In this document: in pieces, positions 16,645-30,948 of the stretch | Layout of the letters: each line of letters starts with the position of its first letter | Position numbering within the stretch: position 1 is the first letter of the stretch | Assembly (NCBI GenBank): GCA_047495785.1 | Contig: JBLDXI010000050.1 | Location: 124,001 to 188,000, forward strand | Reading direction: 5' to 3' | Source of the DNA: Lepidodermella squamata | Taxonomy: Eukaryota > Animalia > Gastrotricha | DNA length: 64,000 nucleotides | Position numbers and translations under genes: made by a program | Notes under the pieces: generated by a model | What the model saw: the letters and a program-made list of their open reading frames with translations, nothing else | Databases searched by the model: none | What the model was told of the DNA's origin: nothing

Positions 16645-18126
16645 ATGTTCACCAGCTCGCAGCCGAGAAAACTTTTTATTGACGAAGAAGGTATTTACTC
16701 TGTATATTTCCCATATTTCGAATCACCAGGGTCATTTTTACAGATTTTTTACAACCAAAATCCAGCTCAGTCCCTGGCGAGAAAGATGCAGTCGTGAATT
16801 TCGGAATCTCCCCAGTTGAGAACAGATGCTTCGACGTCCTAAATAATACCAATCGGATTACAATTCGAAAACCATCGAATTCGCTGTCTTCAAGTAGGGA
16901 AAACTTGTTCTGCGGTTCAAGTCGGTGTGAAAGCGCGACAGATCACGAAGAGCCGGCGAGGACATTCCAAGTTGTGGACTCCGACACAGGCCAGCATTTT
17001 CTCACTATCGTCCGGGGGCAATGCAGCCGAACTCAGTATTTAGTCTCAACCAACGATGAAGTTCTAGCAATATTCCAGAGGCAAAAGGGCCGGAAAGACT
17101 TTATGACCGTTTCAAATGCAAGCAATCGACTTTTAGGCATCGTAATTCCAGAGTAGGTCAAATTCATATGGTGATTCTAAAGTTCTATAATTTTCGGATA
17201 GCCAAGCACATTCCGGCATGATTTGCGGCTACCACTGCCTGGATAGCAGTAGCAGCGCAAAAATCATGGATTTGGAGCTGACTACAGCTTTCTGCTGTAC
17301 AAGTTGGAACGATCCGCTGCAATATGAAGTAATTTTTTCCTGTCGTGGGATTTTAAATAATACCTTGAAAATGTGCCTTAGATTTCTGCTAATCGTCAAT
17401 GGTCAATCGGAACATTTACCCGGCTGAGGCGAAATATTTACGGAATAGAATGTATGCCGCCAAAATAATCTTGAATTAACACTTTAACTGCAAAAACTAG
17501 ACTGCGAGATCCGACATTTGGATCCAAATCTTGAGTCTGTCAAAAGTCTTTTTTCGGGCCAACGATGCGTCGAGGGACAAAATGCCTGACGGCGAAATGT
17601 AGGCCATGGCCCAGCGGTTCTTTTGACACCAAATTCGGGGCCACATGGTCTGAGCAAATAGTCTTTGCTCTGTGAAATAACGTCGAAATTTTGGATTAGA
17701 CCCAAGAATTGGACCTAATTATTAGACCCAGATTGTGGCGCAACAATCGAAATTTCACTGTTTTTACAAGTTGATTTCTTTGCGCTCCTTGAAGTCTTTG
17801 GTGTCAAAAGAACCGCCGGGCCATGGCCTACATTTCGCCGTCAGGCATTTTGTCCCTCGACGCATCGTTGGCCCGAAAAAGGACTTTTGGCAGACTCAGG
17901 ATTTGGATCCAACTATCGGATCTCGCAGTCTATTTTTTGCAATTAAAGTGTTAACCCTTCACTTTTTTCCAGTTGATGGCAATACTGACAGTTTAATCAA
18001 GATTCTTTCTATTGCAGCAGCTATTTTTAAAGTGAGCATTTGTGTCGTCACAGGAGTACGTCAACAACCCACTCATATGCTTTCGTTTTACAGGAGCACT
18101 ACTTTGACAAGTTTTTTGCTGCGTGA
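16645..18126 (+). CDS. Phospholipid scramblase / tubby-C-like protein, about 6 exons
   Basis: Spliced reading ends ...IYGIEFDGNTDSLIKILSIAAAIFKEHYFDKFFAA*, matching the scramblase C-terminal F-G-I-x-F ... K helix pattern. There is an internal FCC motif. Confidence 0.6.
17480..17950. mobile_element. piggyBac-type MITE in a scramblase intron
   Basis: About 154-bp near-perfect TIRs starting CACTTTAA(C/T)TGC, flanked by TTAA on both sides (17476-17479, 17951-17954). Confidence 0.9.
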
Positions 18127-18315
18127 ATAGTAAAAAATGTAAAGAAGAAAAGTATTTCTCTTATGATAAACAATCCTTTTTTACTACCAGTGCTTTGAAA
18201 TCTATCATTCCGAAACCGGGTCACAAAAGCAACTCAATTTTCAATTCTTTATATCCACAAATCAATATTTTGCACTTCAAGCAACGATTCATAGCCATTT
18301 TAATTCAGCTCTTTA

Positions 18316-19736
18316 ATGAGGAACGCATCGAATCAGTTTCTTCAGATTCTGTATGGAGTTTCCATATTTATCTTCCTAGTCGCTGCGATTCCAAACAGCC
18401 AGAGCATGAACAAGGTACTTAAATTTGACGTGTCTCCTACGATTAAATTGAATTCTCCCAGATTTTCATTGAAGCAGTGAAAACAGGCAACATCACCCTG
18501 GTAGGAGAGCTTCTCGCTCAAAATAAATCCCTGGCTAACGCTCGATTCACTGATTTACCCCCGTTGAACGGATATGAACGACCCCCTTTCGATCGGCTTA
18601 TCGAAAACGCTCCAGCTATAGAAATCGCGGCTATTTACAACCAAAGCTACGAATTGGCCAAGATGTTACTTGAGAATGGCGCTCGAGTTGATGTGAAGGA
18701 TGACGGATTCTTGAGTGAAGGAAAAACGGCCTTACACTGGGCGGTCGTGAACGGGAGAGCTGACCTTGTCGAGCTTTTCATCAAATATAACGCCAGTGTC
18801 ACTTCTAAAGACAAAGAGGGCCAAGACGCCCTGTTTCTAGCTGTTGACTCCGTAAATCTCGACCTGGCCAAGTTCCTTTTGGCAAAGGGGGCGAAAATCG
18901 GTACAACAAACAAAAATAACGAGAGTTTAGTCTTCCTATCAGCTTCGAGGTGTAACTTGGAAATGGTACAGTACTTTCTATCGCAAAATCTTTCAGCTGA
19001 TGCTGAATCGTTATGGAAATGGCGGCCGATCTGCTTTTGCCTCTGGAATTCAAATGTGACCCAGCTGTTACTATCAAAAGGCGCCAAAGTGACGGGTGTT
19101 TGCGGAAATAAGCCTTTCATGATTCATTTGGTTGACCATTACAGCAACTGGAATATTCCAGTAGATGCAATCCGAATTTTGATCGAGAATGGCGCCAATG
19201 TTAACGCTTTATCACAATGGGGCGATTCTGTGTTGCAACAAGCTGTTTCTGATACTGACGTTGAGGTCGTTCGGCTTTTGATTGAAAATGGCGCGAAAAT
19301 GATTGTAGACAAAAATGGCTATTCAATATCGCTGAAAACTGCCTTAGATCAGCGAAATTTAACAATATCTCTCGACATTTTAAATTACTTGTCGGCGAAA
19401 GGCGACGCAATTGATGGAAAGTTGCGGAATAACGATACATTCCTATCGATGGTACTCAAGAAGAGAAATGTCATGTTGCCCTTTGTAAAGTTTGCCGTCG
19501 AAAAGGGCAAGGCGAATGTGAATAAGACGGATTCGGATGGCCGCAACTCTTTGCACCTGGCGGTTTTGAATTCATGGGCACCAACAGATGATAAATTGGG
19601 AACAGTAAAATATTTGGTCTCAAAGGGAGTGAATCGCAATGCGAAGGACAAACGCGGAAAAGCTGCTCTGCAATACGTCCAGGAGAGCCCAAATAATGCC
19701 GACCGACAGGATATCATCAATCTGCTGAGGTCTTGA
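18316..19736 (+). CDS. Signal-peptide-bearing ankyrin-repeat protein, copy 1 (exons 18316-18414, 18462-19736)
   Basis: Exon 1 reads MRNASNQFLQILYGVSIFIFLVAAIP..., followed by a phase-0 intron. About 10 ANK repeats (GKTALHWAV, GRNSLHLAV, LLENGA.VD). Confidence 0.9.
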
Positions 19737-19872
19737 CATTTCTTTTGTATACAATTTTCCGTCTCTTCAGCTTTCGTTTGACATAAAAATCAAGACAATT
19801 GGGGCAGATGGGGTTTCAAGCCGTTAAACTTCGGATGCGGTTTTGGGAGCCCCTTTCTAATAATCGAATATA

Positions 19873-22521
19873 CACTAGAAAAAAAATTAGGTTTATTAGC
19901 TAGATAAATAGCTAAAATTTAGGCTGGGATAATAACCCCGCTGGCGACGGGTTTATTATCTATTTTGGGTATGTATTTAGCTGGCGGTTTATTAGCTGAC
20001 TTTGGTTTATTAGCCTTCGTCCACGAAGCGAGCAGCATTATAGTTATCACCATCTGTGACCCATGACGCAACAATCGATTGAATTTTCGGACCCAGCAGG
20101 CCCTTCCTCCCTCCTCTTCCCTTTTTCTATTTTTCAGCGGAATTCGACAAAGTAGATTCCTCGATATTAATTATTACTTTATTAAAAAATATTCGCGAAA
20201 AAATTCACAATTCGAACATCAGGTAGATCAGGTAGATATAAATTCACAATATCAAACAGAGTTAATCAATTAATTCTATGTCAATGTCAATTTCCCGCGG
20301 AGATTTTCGAAGAGAAATCGACGAGATCGAGAAACGCATCGATTGTGTTCGCCCGCCGTGCGATTTCTAACGCAGCTTGATTAGGTTTTAGCTAGCCGCA
20401 TTCGATTCGCCATGACTGAGTCCACAAGCTTTCCACCAGCCATCTGAAAAATACCATAATATCAATCAAAATTAAACATGAAATTCGGAAAAAATTAAGA
20501 AATTATTTTGAATTTGAAAGAGCTCATTTGATATATATATATATGTCGTATCGTATAAGGCAATTTCTTCCAATAGCCGATTGAGATATCTCTATGAGCA
20601 ATCCGAATTGTTCCCAACGTCATTTTCAGTTATATTAATCATTTTTTAAAATTAGGAAACCAAGCAAGATTACAGAATAGCCCTTCGCCTATCTAGCAGA
20701 GCCCACTTTCCCTAATAACTTGTACCGCATCTGTGTGTTTTATGAGTTTCTAAAAAGCTAGCGCATTTTCACTGTAACTGTCTTCTGGCCTTCTGGGTCC
20801 ATTTAAACTGTTTATTAATAAATTATTAGTCTAATCGATTGGGCTATTCGGGCTCTTTAATATGTGATAGATCACAATTCAATAACCTGAAGGTTGATGA
20901 AAACATCAGTCAGAAAGTAAATTTCCGATTGCTCATTGATATATCTCTATCGGCCATTGGAGGGATTGCCTTTTACGATACGACATATATATTACTACCG
21001 GAAAAAATTGAATTTTCTAAATTTGCCTATAAATTTCGAATAAAAATGGCTCCTATTTAGAACGAATTGTCCCCATGAAATGAAGAAAATGTGAAATTTA
21101 TTTAGCGAGATCGAAGTGGTTCGACGGACATAATTTGTTTTCCGTTCGAAAGAGAAACCTGTCAAATTTCCGAGCGATTAGGATACAGTTTTAAAAATCG
21201 TCACGGTTGACTGGACCTGCGATATCATAGGCCACGCTCTATTAATTATTTTTAAAACGCAAGAACACTTAAACGCAATTATCAAAAGGAATTCCCAATT
21301 TAAATTCCTATCCTTAAAATCAACATACTATGCCAGGCAATCTTTTACTAGACAATGGTTTGGAGAAAAAATTCGCGAAATTCGATCAAAGTCCAAGTCT
21401 GAATTAATTGAAAAATTTGAAAACCTCGAAATGTAAAATTTGCCGTAATAGGAAAATATTTGAGATTAATCGCAATTGAAAATTATTTTTGAATAAATAA
21501 TTCATTCGGAAATTCACCTTAATTCGCCGTACAAATCTGACAAGTCGGCTCTTTGTTTCACAGCTAGCCAAGTGAGTCGATCTGAACCAGAGAGCAGAGG
21601 CGGGTCATTCGCTTCAGTTTGAAATTGAGCATGGCCGTGTTCGCCGTGTAGTCGATGCTTTCTAGCTTGATCGAACACCGGCCAATGTGCTTCGATTTTT
21701 CTGTTAATTGTTGTCAAAAAATCACAGCTTATTTTGTGATAAAACTGAGAAACTTACGGTTTTGCATATCTTCGCAACTATCAACAGCAGCGAAGCTGAA
21801 CATGCCGAAAATTCAACTGAAAATATTTAAAATTTAGAACCCGAACAGAGATCATTAGAACTCGAATTTTTTAAATTTTAATAAAATTTTACTCTTGAAA
21901 AATCCATAGTGAATACCGTAGATCATCAGCATATTCAACCTCCGAATAACACGAGCTTTGGTTAGGTTAGTATGTTAGTTTAATTATAAGTTACCGGTGT
22001 TAGAAAAGTCCGTGTTGGCCGGAGATAATTAGCTGATTTTCTGATTAAAATTTATTCCAATGTAAAAAAATTAATTCAGGAATGAAATAAAACGCGTCAG
22101 GTCAAGCCATCAAAATATCAATAAACAGGTAAATAGATAGAAGTTCTCACCTGACAGCCCTCCAATTTCGACTAATTGGTTCGGAAATCGACGCGGTTGT
22201 TCTTCCCGCGGTTTTAACTCTGAAAAACTACGAAAAATCGCTGCTGTGTTTGTGTGTGAAAAAGTCGAATGAAATACTTTCAAGTCGTAATCAGAAAGGG
22301 TCATGACTGCTGTTGCGTGGCGGGCGAATTTTATCAACAATGAAATCGATGGCTTTTTATCCGAAATTTCTCGATTTTCCGCGGCAATTTGTCCTAATTG
22401 CAGGCTGATTCATTTGACGCAGCTAAAAAACCATGAGATAAAAATCCGCTAATAAACCTCAGGATAAATAGCCATAAAAGATGATTATCTTCAGCTAATA
22501 AACCTAATTTTTTTTCTAGTG
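19873..22521. mobile_element. Non-autonomous CACTA/CMC-like DNA transposon
   Basis: Perfect 29-bp TIR CACTAGAAAAAAAATTAGGTTTATTAGCT. Subterminal GGTTTATTAGC repeats at both ends. The TSD is imperfect (ATA/AAA). Confidence 0.8.
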
Positions 22522-23221
22522 AAAAGTTTTCAATAAAAGTTGGCATAAGTATTCTCCTATCTTTACTTTCCCTCGAAGAAACAATAAAGATTTAACGACG
22601 CGTTTTAGCATGGCCTTTACCTGAAAAACGGGGTAATTTTGGACCTTATGCTTCAGATACGGGCCGATTGATTGATTTAGGATTCATCACATTAAAATTA
22701 AACTGATTTTGATGTAGACACAGAAAAACAAAAAATTCGAATTCTTTAAAACCGATGTCGAACCGTTTAAACTGATATGACATTCGGGCACGATTTGTGG
22801 CTACCCTTGCATGTTAAGGAATCTCTGAAGCTTTGACAAAGGATTTGAAACTGCACAAAGATCTTGACATTGCGATTTTATTTTATTTCAACATTATGAT
22901 TTACAAGTTGGAGCAATACGTTGCAATATGAATTAACTTCAGAAAGAATTCAAATAACCACCTGGCAAAGACATATTATATCATACGTATTTTCTCACAG
23001 TTTTTTGCTGCATGATCACTACAAAAGGAAAAAATCGTTTATTGCCTTTACTGACAAATGAAAAAGTCTTGGTAGCGTGTTTATGTCATGTTTCATGCAT
23101 TCCTAACTTGATAATTGGGTAATGCTTAAACCCTTCAACGGCAGCAAACCCTTTTTAATCTCAGATAAATGTTCGTTCTCTTGAAAAAAGTTGTTCAAAT
23201 TTTCAATAATTAACCTGTCAG

Positions 23222-24640
23222 ATGAGGATCTTATCCAACCAGTTTTTTCTGAGACTCTATGGAATTTGTATGCTAAGCTTCTTTATCGCTGCACTGCCAG
23301 AGAAGCAGGACGACATTAAGGTACCTAGATTTTCAAAATTTAGAGATTAGGGCTCCATGCTCCATAATTTACGATTTTCATAGATTTTCTTCGAAGCTGT
23401 GAGAAATGGCAGCACACCAGTGGTAAAAGATCTTCTCGCTAAGAATAATTCGCTGGCTAATGCTCGGCAACCGCCTCCTCTCCTGTGGCCAGTAGACGAG
23501 CGATACGAAAACGCCCCTGCACTAGAAGTCGCTGTTGCCTTCGACCAAAGCTACGAATTAGTTAAGCTGTTACTTGACAATGGAGCTGACGTGAATGCGA
23601 AAGATGATGGTTATCAGAGAACACCTTTACTCTGGGCAGTTGTGAATGACAGAATAGATCTTGTCGAGCTACTTATCGAAAATAATGCCACCATCAGCGA
23701 TAGGGAAGTAATTGATGACGATGATGCCCTGTTACTGGCGGTGGATCAAGATAATCTCAACATTACCAAGTACTTGGTGTCGAAAGGGGCCGATGTTAGA
23801 ACGAAAAACTTCTTTAACCTGACTTTACTCGATTCCGCGGCTAATGAATGCAGCTTTGAAATGCTGCAGTATTTGCTGTCGCAAAACTTGACAGCGAACG
23901 ACAATAATTGGCCAGAAGGAGCTTGGCGGCCGATTTGCAATTGCCTGTCCTATGCAGATGTAACTCGGCTGTTACTGTCAAATGGCGCAAACGTGAATGG
24001 TAAATGCAGTGAAGAACCTCTCATCTGCACCGCGGTGCATTGTCATCGGGATTCAGTTGCCGCCACTATTCGAGTTTTGATGGACAACGGCGCAGATGTT
24101 AATGCTGTTTCGAAAAATGGCGATTCTGTGCTGCAGCTAGCTGTTTCTGAAGCTAACGCTGATATCGTTAAGCTTCTGATTGAAAATGGCGCTAATATGA
24201 TTGTGGACAAAAATGGCTATTCCCTATCGCTTAGAGCTGCCTTGGATCAGATGAACGTAACATCGTCTCTCGAGATCTTAAATTATTTGTTGGAAAAAGG
24301 TGACGCGATCGATGGCAGGTTGGGAAATAACGACACGTTCCTATCGACGGTGCTCAAGAAGAGCAGAAACCAAGTCCTGCCGGTAGTCAAGTTTGCTGTG
24401 GAAAAGGCCAATGCGAATATTAACGCGACAGATTCAGATGGACGCAACGCTTTGCATCTGGCGGTTTTGATGAACACGTGGACAAGCTATACTAAATCGG
24501 ATACTGTCGAATACTTAGTCTCCAAAGGGGCGAATCGCAATGCAGAGGACAAACTTGGTAAAACGGCCCTGCAGTACGCCCAGGAGATCGAATTTCCCCC
24601 TGAACGATATCAAATCTCGAAAATATTGTCACACTATTGA
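23222..24640 (+). CDS. Signal-peptide-bearing ankyrin-repeat protein, copy 2 (exons 23222-23320, 23384-24640)
   Basis: Exon 1 reads MRILSNQFFLRLYGICMLSFFIAALPEKQDDIK. Same intron position and phase as copy 1, with colinear ANK repeats. Confidence 0.9.
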
Positions 24641-25587
24641 ATCAAGCCGAGCTGACACTAATTAAACGCTATTTTCCGCTTATCATATAATATGCTGTAC
24701 AGTGATTAATTTGAAACAGCATGCTCATGGCTAAAATCAGGCAGGATAAGACTTGTGTACAGTCTTATTCAATCTTATACCCTCTGTTTTCTGATATTGG
24801 TTGGTTGATTTATTTATGATTATATGATTCATGATTCTACTAATTTTGATTCAGCTGTGGAATTTTTCGTAATTAAAAACAAGTCGATTGCTCTGATTTT
24901 TTCTGATTTGCTAATGAAATGCCTTGAATTTTCGCTTTTTACATTCTATTTAAACGTTATTCTCTTCCTATAAATTATATTTAAAAAAATGGAAAAAATT
25001 GTGGATTCATTTTAGATAAAACGCCAATATCACTTCGAAGAAGTGTCAAATGACTCAGCCTGATTACCGGATTTACTGATTTACTGTCACGACTCCCGAA
25101 AGGAAACTGAAACACCTGAAAAGGAATTTGAAGCCGTGTCAGATCGGGGCAAAGCTTCATTTCACTTGCTGAATGCTTACTTAGCTGAATAGAATAATCT
25201 TCTACACATAGGAAAGCTCACGTTCTTTCACATTTTCATTCATGTTTTTAACGCCCATTTTTACACTTCCGCTTTAACACTGACAGCTTTGCTATTTATA
25301 GAGTATGAAGTGAGATTTCGTATAGTAGTCACAACTCTGTCTTACGTATATTTTTTGGGAGAATTGCTTTGACAAGTTTTTTTCTGCATTAACGGCCAAT
25401 GTCGAACATTACACATTAAACATTAAATATGAGGGAAATATGTAATTCTCTCGAAAAACCTTCATTGTTTGTGCATTGTCGGATTTTTGCAGTTCACTTA
25501 TTATTAGTTTCAGCAGAAAAGAAAAGAAATTTAGTTTCACCTTCAAAATCAATATTTCAAGATTGCAAGGCAACATCTATCTGTTAC

Positions 25588-27049
25588 ATGGGAAAGTTAT
25601 CCTATCGGTTTTTGCTGGGCCTGTTTGGAATTTTCGTGCTAAGCTTCCTTATAGCTGCACTACAGGAGAATCAGGACGACAACTGGGTATCTATTTTTCT
25701 AATCTTTAAAAATCAGAAATCAGAAATTCATTAGATTTTCTGGGAAGCCGTGGGAAGTGACAACATCAGCCTGGTAAAAGATCTTCTCGCAAAAAATGAA
25801 ACGCTTGCCAAAGCTCGATTACCGGAGTTACATCGAAACGCCTGGGGCATTGAGCCTCTAGAAATGGCATACCAAAACGCCCCGTTTATAGAAGTCGCTG
25901 CTATTTACAACCGAAGCTACGAACTGGCTAAGCTGTTACTTGACAATGGCGCTGAAGTGGATGCGAGAGATTATGGCGAGTTTGGGAGAACGGCCTTACA
26001 CTGGGCGGCCGTTAGACGGAGGCTAGATATTGCCGAGCTACTCGTCGAAAATAAAGCTAACATCACTGTGAAGGACAAACAAGGAGGCGACGATGCCCTG
26101 TTACTGGCTGTTGCTTCTGGAAATTTCAACCTGGTCAAGTACCTTGTGTCGAAAGGGGCCGATATCAACACATCAGACAACAATAACTACGGTGTGGTGG
26201 ATCGCGCAGCTGGTGCATGCAGCTTAGAAATGCTGCAGTATTTTCTATCGCAAAATCTCTCAGCTGATGGCACGAGAGGAAATGGGTCCGAAGGAACATT
26301 GTGGCCGATCTGCAAATGCCTTTGGAATCCGAATATCACTGGGCTTTTAATGTCGAGTGGCGCCAAAGTACCTCGTCTATGTGCTCATCAACCTCTTCTG
26401 CTGCACATGGTTTATAATTACGAGAGAAACTTTGACTCTATTCCCGTTGAAACGTTTCGAACTATGATCGACATGGGTGCAGATGTTAACGCTGTTCCAT
26501 ATGGCGGTTCTGTCTTGCAGGAAGCTGTTTCTTTTACTAATAAAGACATCGTCCAGCTTTTGGTTGAAAGAGGCGCTAAAATGACTGTGGACGAAGATGG
26601 TTATTCCCTATCACTGAGAGCTGCCTTGCGTTCGAAAAACACAGCTGCAGCTTTCCAGATCGTGAATTACCTACTAGAAAATGGCGATGCGATCGACGGA
26701 AAGTTGAATAATAGCGAAACGTTCCTATCGATGGTACTCAAGAAAGGAAACGGCCCTTTGCTGTCGTTTGTCTGGTTTGCCGTCGAAAAGGGCAAAGGGC
26801 AAGGCGGATGTTAACGCGACGGATTCCGATGGCCGAAACGCTTTGCATCTAGCCGTTTGTTTTTTCTCCTGGTATGACAACTTGGATACTGTCAGATATT
26901 TGGTCTCCAAGGGGGTGAATCACAATGCGAAGGACAAATTCGGCAAAACAGCTCTGAACTATGTCATGGAGAATCCTTATTTTCCGCATCAACAGGATGT
27001 GATCAAAGTGCTGTCAACTATGACTTCGCGACACTACATTGAATCTTGA
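25588..27049 (+). pseudogene. Ankyrin-repeat copy 3, frameshifted near the C-terminus (exons 25588-25686, 25735-27049)
   Basis: A 7-nt duplication (AAAGGGC) at ~26787-26800 relative to paralogues shifts the last two repeats into ORF 26768-27049. It could be a truncated allele or an assembly error. Confidence 0.8.
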
Positions 27050-28075
27050 TGAGTTCAACATGATTTAAAAATATAATGATTGCTTCATTTTAGCTTGAAT
27101 CAACTGATTTCGATTTAGCTTTACTCGCAATTCACGTTCAATAGTACAGCCGCTACTTGTGTGGACAATTATAATGGAATTAGAACAAGCCCAGAAGCCT
27201 TACCGACTCGACTTTCTTCACTTGGCTTTACGTGGATCAACGTTTGAAAGGATGCTCGGCTAGCCTTGCTAGCTAGATAAGGAATTTCTGTTTCGTGTTT
27301 CGTGATGATAGAGAGGGACCTTGAGATGAGAAAAACCTCACAGGGAGAACCCTCTAGTGAAAATGGACCTGCTTTGTTACGTTATGGCACATAACGTTGT
27401 AACGTTGCGGTTTAACGTTTCTTACACCACCTGAAAGAAAAAATGGCAAAAATTGCAAAACGAGAGATCACAGGATAGATGAAAGCGGAAGATGACATGA
27501 CACCATCTCACTCATCACAACAAGCTCAAGGGTCACAAAAAACTGATGAAAGATAGCTACATAAATGTTCAGCAGCGCGAACAGTTAAAAAGGGTGTGAA
27601 GTAGGATCTAAAGCTGAGGTGTTTCTCAGAGCCCAACCGAAGGGTCCTCCATTTCAGGTATTTCAGCCTATCTGTGGTTAGAAACTCGAAAATGGGGTGT
27701 CACATCACCACTTCACCACAGCACCCCTGTACTTCGCACTTCGCCCCCTGAATAAGTTGGAACTCTCATCGCGTGGCCAAAAGCTTCAAAGAATGCAACC
27801 GACTGGGTCTGGCTCGAAAGCTCAAACACCCTTCAACGGCGGGACGACATCTAATCGGCACAAGTCTGCCTTCGCCCCACTGGAAGATCATCTGAATCTG
27901 GATGAACATGTAAAGAAGCTTCAACTATGGCATCCGGATTCCGAATAAAATTCAAACATGCATCTTGCAATAAGCATAATAAAAAATCAGTTCAACAAAC
28001 ATCCGAAGTACAAAGAAACATTTATTTACCAGAATTAGTCATATTCTTTTAATGATAGTTTTCAGAGAAGGGATA

Positions 28076-30109
28076 TTAAATTTCAATCATTTTTTGTACA
28101 TAATATGCGTCCACGAAAGCAGTTACAATAACGACCAAACTCGCAGCGCAAACATCCGCAACTCTGACATACTCAACCGATTTTTGATTTTCTATTCTGT
28201 GTAACGACACAGTGAACGTAATGAACTCATAAAAGCAAATTAAAAGCCCCATGGTAAATTTGAAAGAGATGATGCTGACGAGGTAAACAGTCTCTGAAGT
28301 CTTGGGTATGTTCTCGAACACCAATGACAGCATAACAGCAAACGATAAAACCAAAGCGACGCTGATACCAGGTCGATCCGGTACCTCCGGCGGTAAGACC
28401 AGTGTTGTAGTTTGAAGTATGTACAGCGAGATAACTGGGAGAAACAAATATGTGACGTAGTATTCAGCTCGACGTTTGAATGTGACCGGGAAATACAACC
28501 GGCTAGATTCTAGCTCTGTGTAATCAATACGCGTCTTACCACGGCCCACGAATGTCCAGAGATCTGTGTCGCCGATGAATGTCAGCCTAGACGACGATTC
28601 AAGTTCGAAATTGGTGATATTGTATGTTGCGTAATCAACGACTTCCTCGCTTGCAAAGACGATATTGCACTCGAGAACATCGAATGGGAACTTGGCGAAG
28701 GAAAATTCAGCGCACACTGTGTCCAAGCGAGTTGTCACCCAAATCGACGAGATGCCATCGTCAGTGAATGGCCAAGTTATTACTTTTTTGTCAGGATCGC
28801 TGGGAAGATAATACATTTAAAACTATGCATGTAGTCCTATATAGGGCTTCAATATTGAAATTTCACATTTTTGAAGTTAACAATATTTTCATTTTTCTCG
28901 GGGCAGTTATGACTCGATGACATTTGACCGTTAATAGCAAGTAAAATTGGGGTTTGGCAGTGCGAGAAGTAGGATCCTCGAACTAGGGGGTATTTTCGGG
29001 CCCAAATTTTATGACCAAAGGGTCCCCCTGTGGGTTTTTGAGGGAATTTTCCCCTTCGGCCTCGGCCTTGAGATGGGTAAATCGAGTACGGAGAGTTCAG
29101 ATATGAACGATTTACGAATGTTACACCGTAAAATATCGAATTGGCCAAGCTACTCGACCTATATTTTTGAGGACAATTCTATATTTTATACAATATCCGG
29201 GTGGATATCATAGGTGGATAGCACGATGGATATCAGCCTGAAGGATGAATATCCATCGCTGTCCACCGATGGCACCCGGATATGGTGTTATCGGGCGTCA
29301 AAATCATCAAATCCGGATAAACGAGTAAATTATGCTAATTTTAATGAAATGCGCGCTTAAAGAATTTAGTTATTTAATGTATCATAATCATATGATGATA
29401 ATAGTGCAAACTAATTCCCCACGCAATAAATTCTGATCTCATTTTCTTGTGCACACTCGAAATTATTTAGGGTAATCTGAGGTGAGGAATCTCGCTAGAT
29501 ATTCAAAAATGTTGTTGGGGTCAAGCTAGTGTCTCTACGACAACCTGAGCAAATAACATTATTCACTTGTTAGTGGTCATTTTTCAAATTATCAAGAATA
29601 ACCTGAATATCGGTGGAGATGTTCTCAGCGGGTTGACTTGAATGAGCGATGGGATCCAGCGATGAATCCCCAGCTTCACTACCGTCAGCTGTTCCAACTT
29701 TTGTGTCTCTATTAGATCTCTGCACAGTGTCTCGTTTTGAATTAGGTCTTCGCAGCTCGCGACTGGACAAGTTGATCGCCAAGATGCCGTAATTGACACC
29801 AGCAGGGACAAGCTATAAGATTAGACATTTTGTGATATTTTATGAATGATGGCAAAACTATGCTCTAATTATATACCTTTGATCAAGGTCATCGATAGCC
29901 AAGAACTGAAAGAGGCTGAAGGTTATTTGCACCTCAAGAGGTTGATTGCGGTAGATTATCCAATAGTTAGGTAAATCTGGGGCTGAAGCTTCTGGGCAGA
30001 ACTGATCGTAAGCTTTCCCTATTGAAACCTTGGATAGCTCTGGAGCTTCCAAAGCGTCGGAAACGCAGATAAATTTAAGAATGATCAGAAGTAGCGCTCT
30101 CCCTTTCAT
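28076..30109 (-). CDS. Divergent Cys-loop ligand-gated ion channel subunit, 3 exons (30109-29877, 29812-29603, 28799-28076)
   Basis: Two phase-2 GT-AG introns join in frame. Signal peptide, WIP, Cys-loop CAEFSFAKFPFDVLEC, KRRAEYY, 4 TM. Confidence 0.85.
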
Positions 30110-30591
30110 TTTAGCTTGAGCTGCAATTGAAATTACTCGACTGGAGACAATATTCCTTGAATTAGATGGAGTACTGACAACTTCGATACTGGTTTCCTGT
30201 GGCTATTTGCATAGCATTGATTCTCATCTTTCATATCAAAATAAAGTGCTGTTGTGGAAAATTTGAGCTTGGGATCGCTTAGTAAACCAATAGAGCTTGT
30301 TGACATTTCTTAAACCGGGTCTGTTTTATTCTTTTCAGGCCTTAATCAATTCACCATTGAATAAAACTAAACTGATTTGATTTAGAGTGGTGTTCAAATC
30401 TATGCATAAAGGAAGGTGTGAAATGGATGAAACGGGATTAACAAAAATAGTTCACGTTTGGGCAAAGTAACCTGACAGAATGTAGATAATTGTAAAGGCG
30501 CGTTGCAGCTCAGTCTTGCTAGCAAAATTCGATTCGGGTTAATTGCAGGCGCCAGCTGAAACATAGCGGAAAAAATTTGGCTGAAACATTA

Positions 30592-30772
30592 ACAATTTGG
30601 CTTTTGAAATTCGATCCGCCGTAGACATTCCGAAAAGTCCGATAGCATTCATATGATATAGGATTTAAGAAGGTTTTTTGTGAGCCTCTACGGAATTTCC
30701 ATGCTTAGCTTCCTTATCGCTGCTCTGCCAGAGAAGCAGGACGACAGATTATGGCTCTATAATTTACGATTC
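30592..30772 (+). pseudogene. Remnant of a fifth ankyrin paralogue (upstream block, partial exon 1, partial intron)
   Basis: SLYGISMLSFLIAALPEKQDD is near-identical to copy-2 exon 1 and is followed by a copy-2-like intron tail (ataatttacgatt). 30592-30668 resembles 34312-34380. No exon 2 follows. Confidence 0.8.
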
Positions 30773-30910
30773 ACTCTCGGAATTCTCCTGTTACTAAACA
30801 CGAGAACCTACAGTTGTATCGAAAAAATCTTTTTCCTCAACTCCGGGGTCATTAAACCGCTTTTAGACCAGTCCCGCCAAAACCAACCTTAACATTTGCA
30901 GGTGTCCTAA

Positions 30911-30948
30911 GAAATGTACCCTAAAACTCAAGTTTTAGGGTACATTTC
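30911..30948. repeat. Perfect 18-bp inverted repeat with a 2-nt loop
   Basis: GAAATGTACCCTAAAACT-CA-AGTTTTAGGGTACATTTC. Confidence 0.9.
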
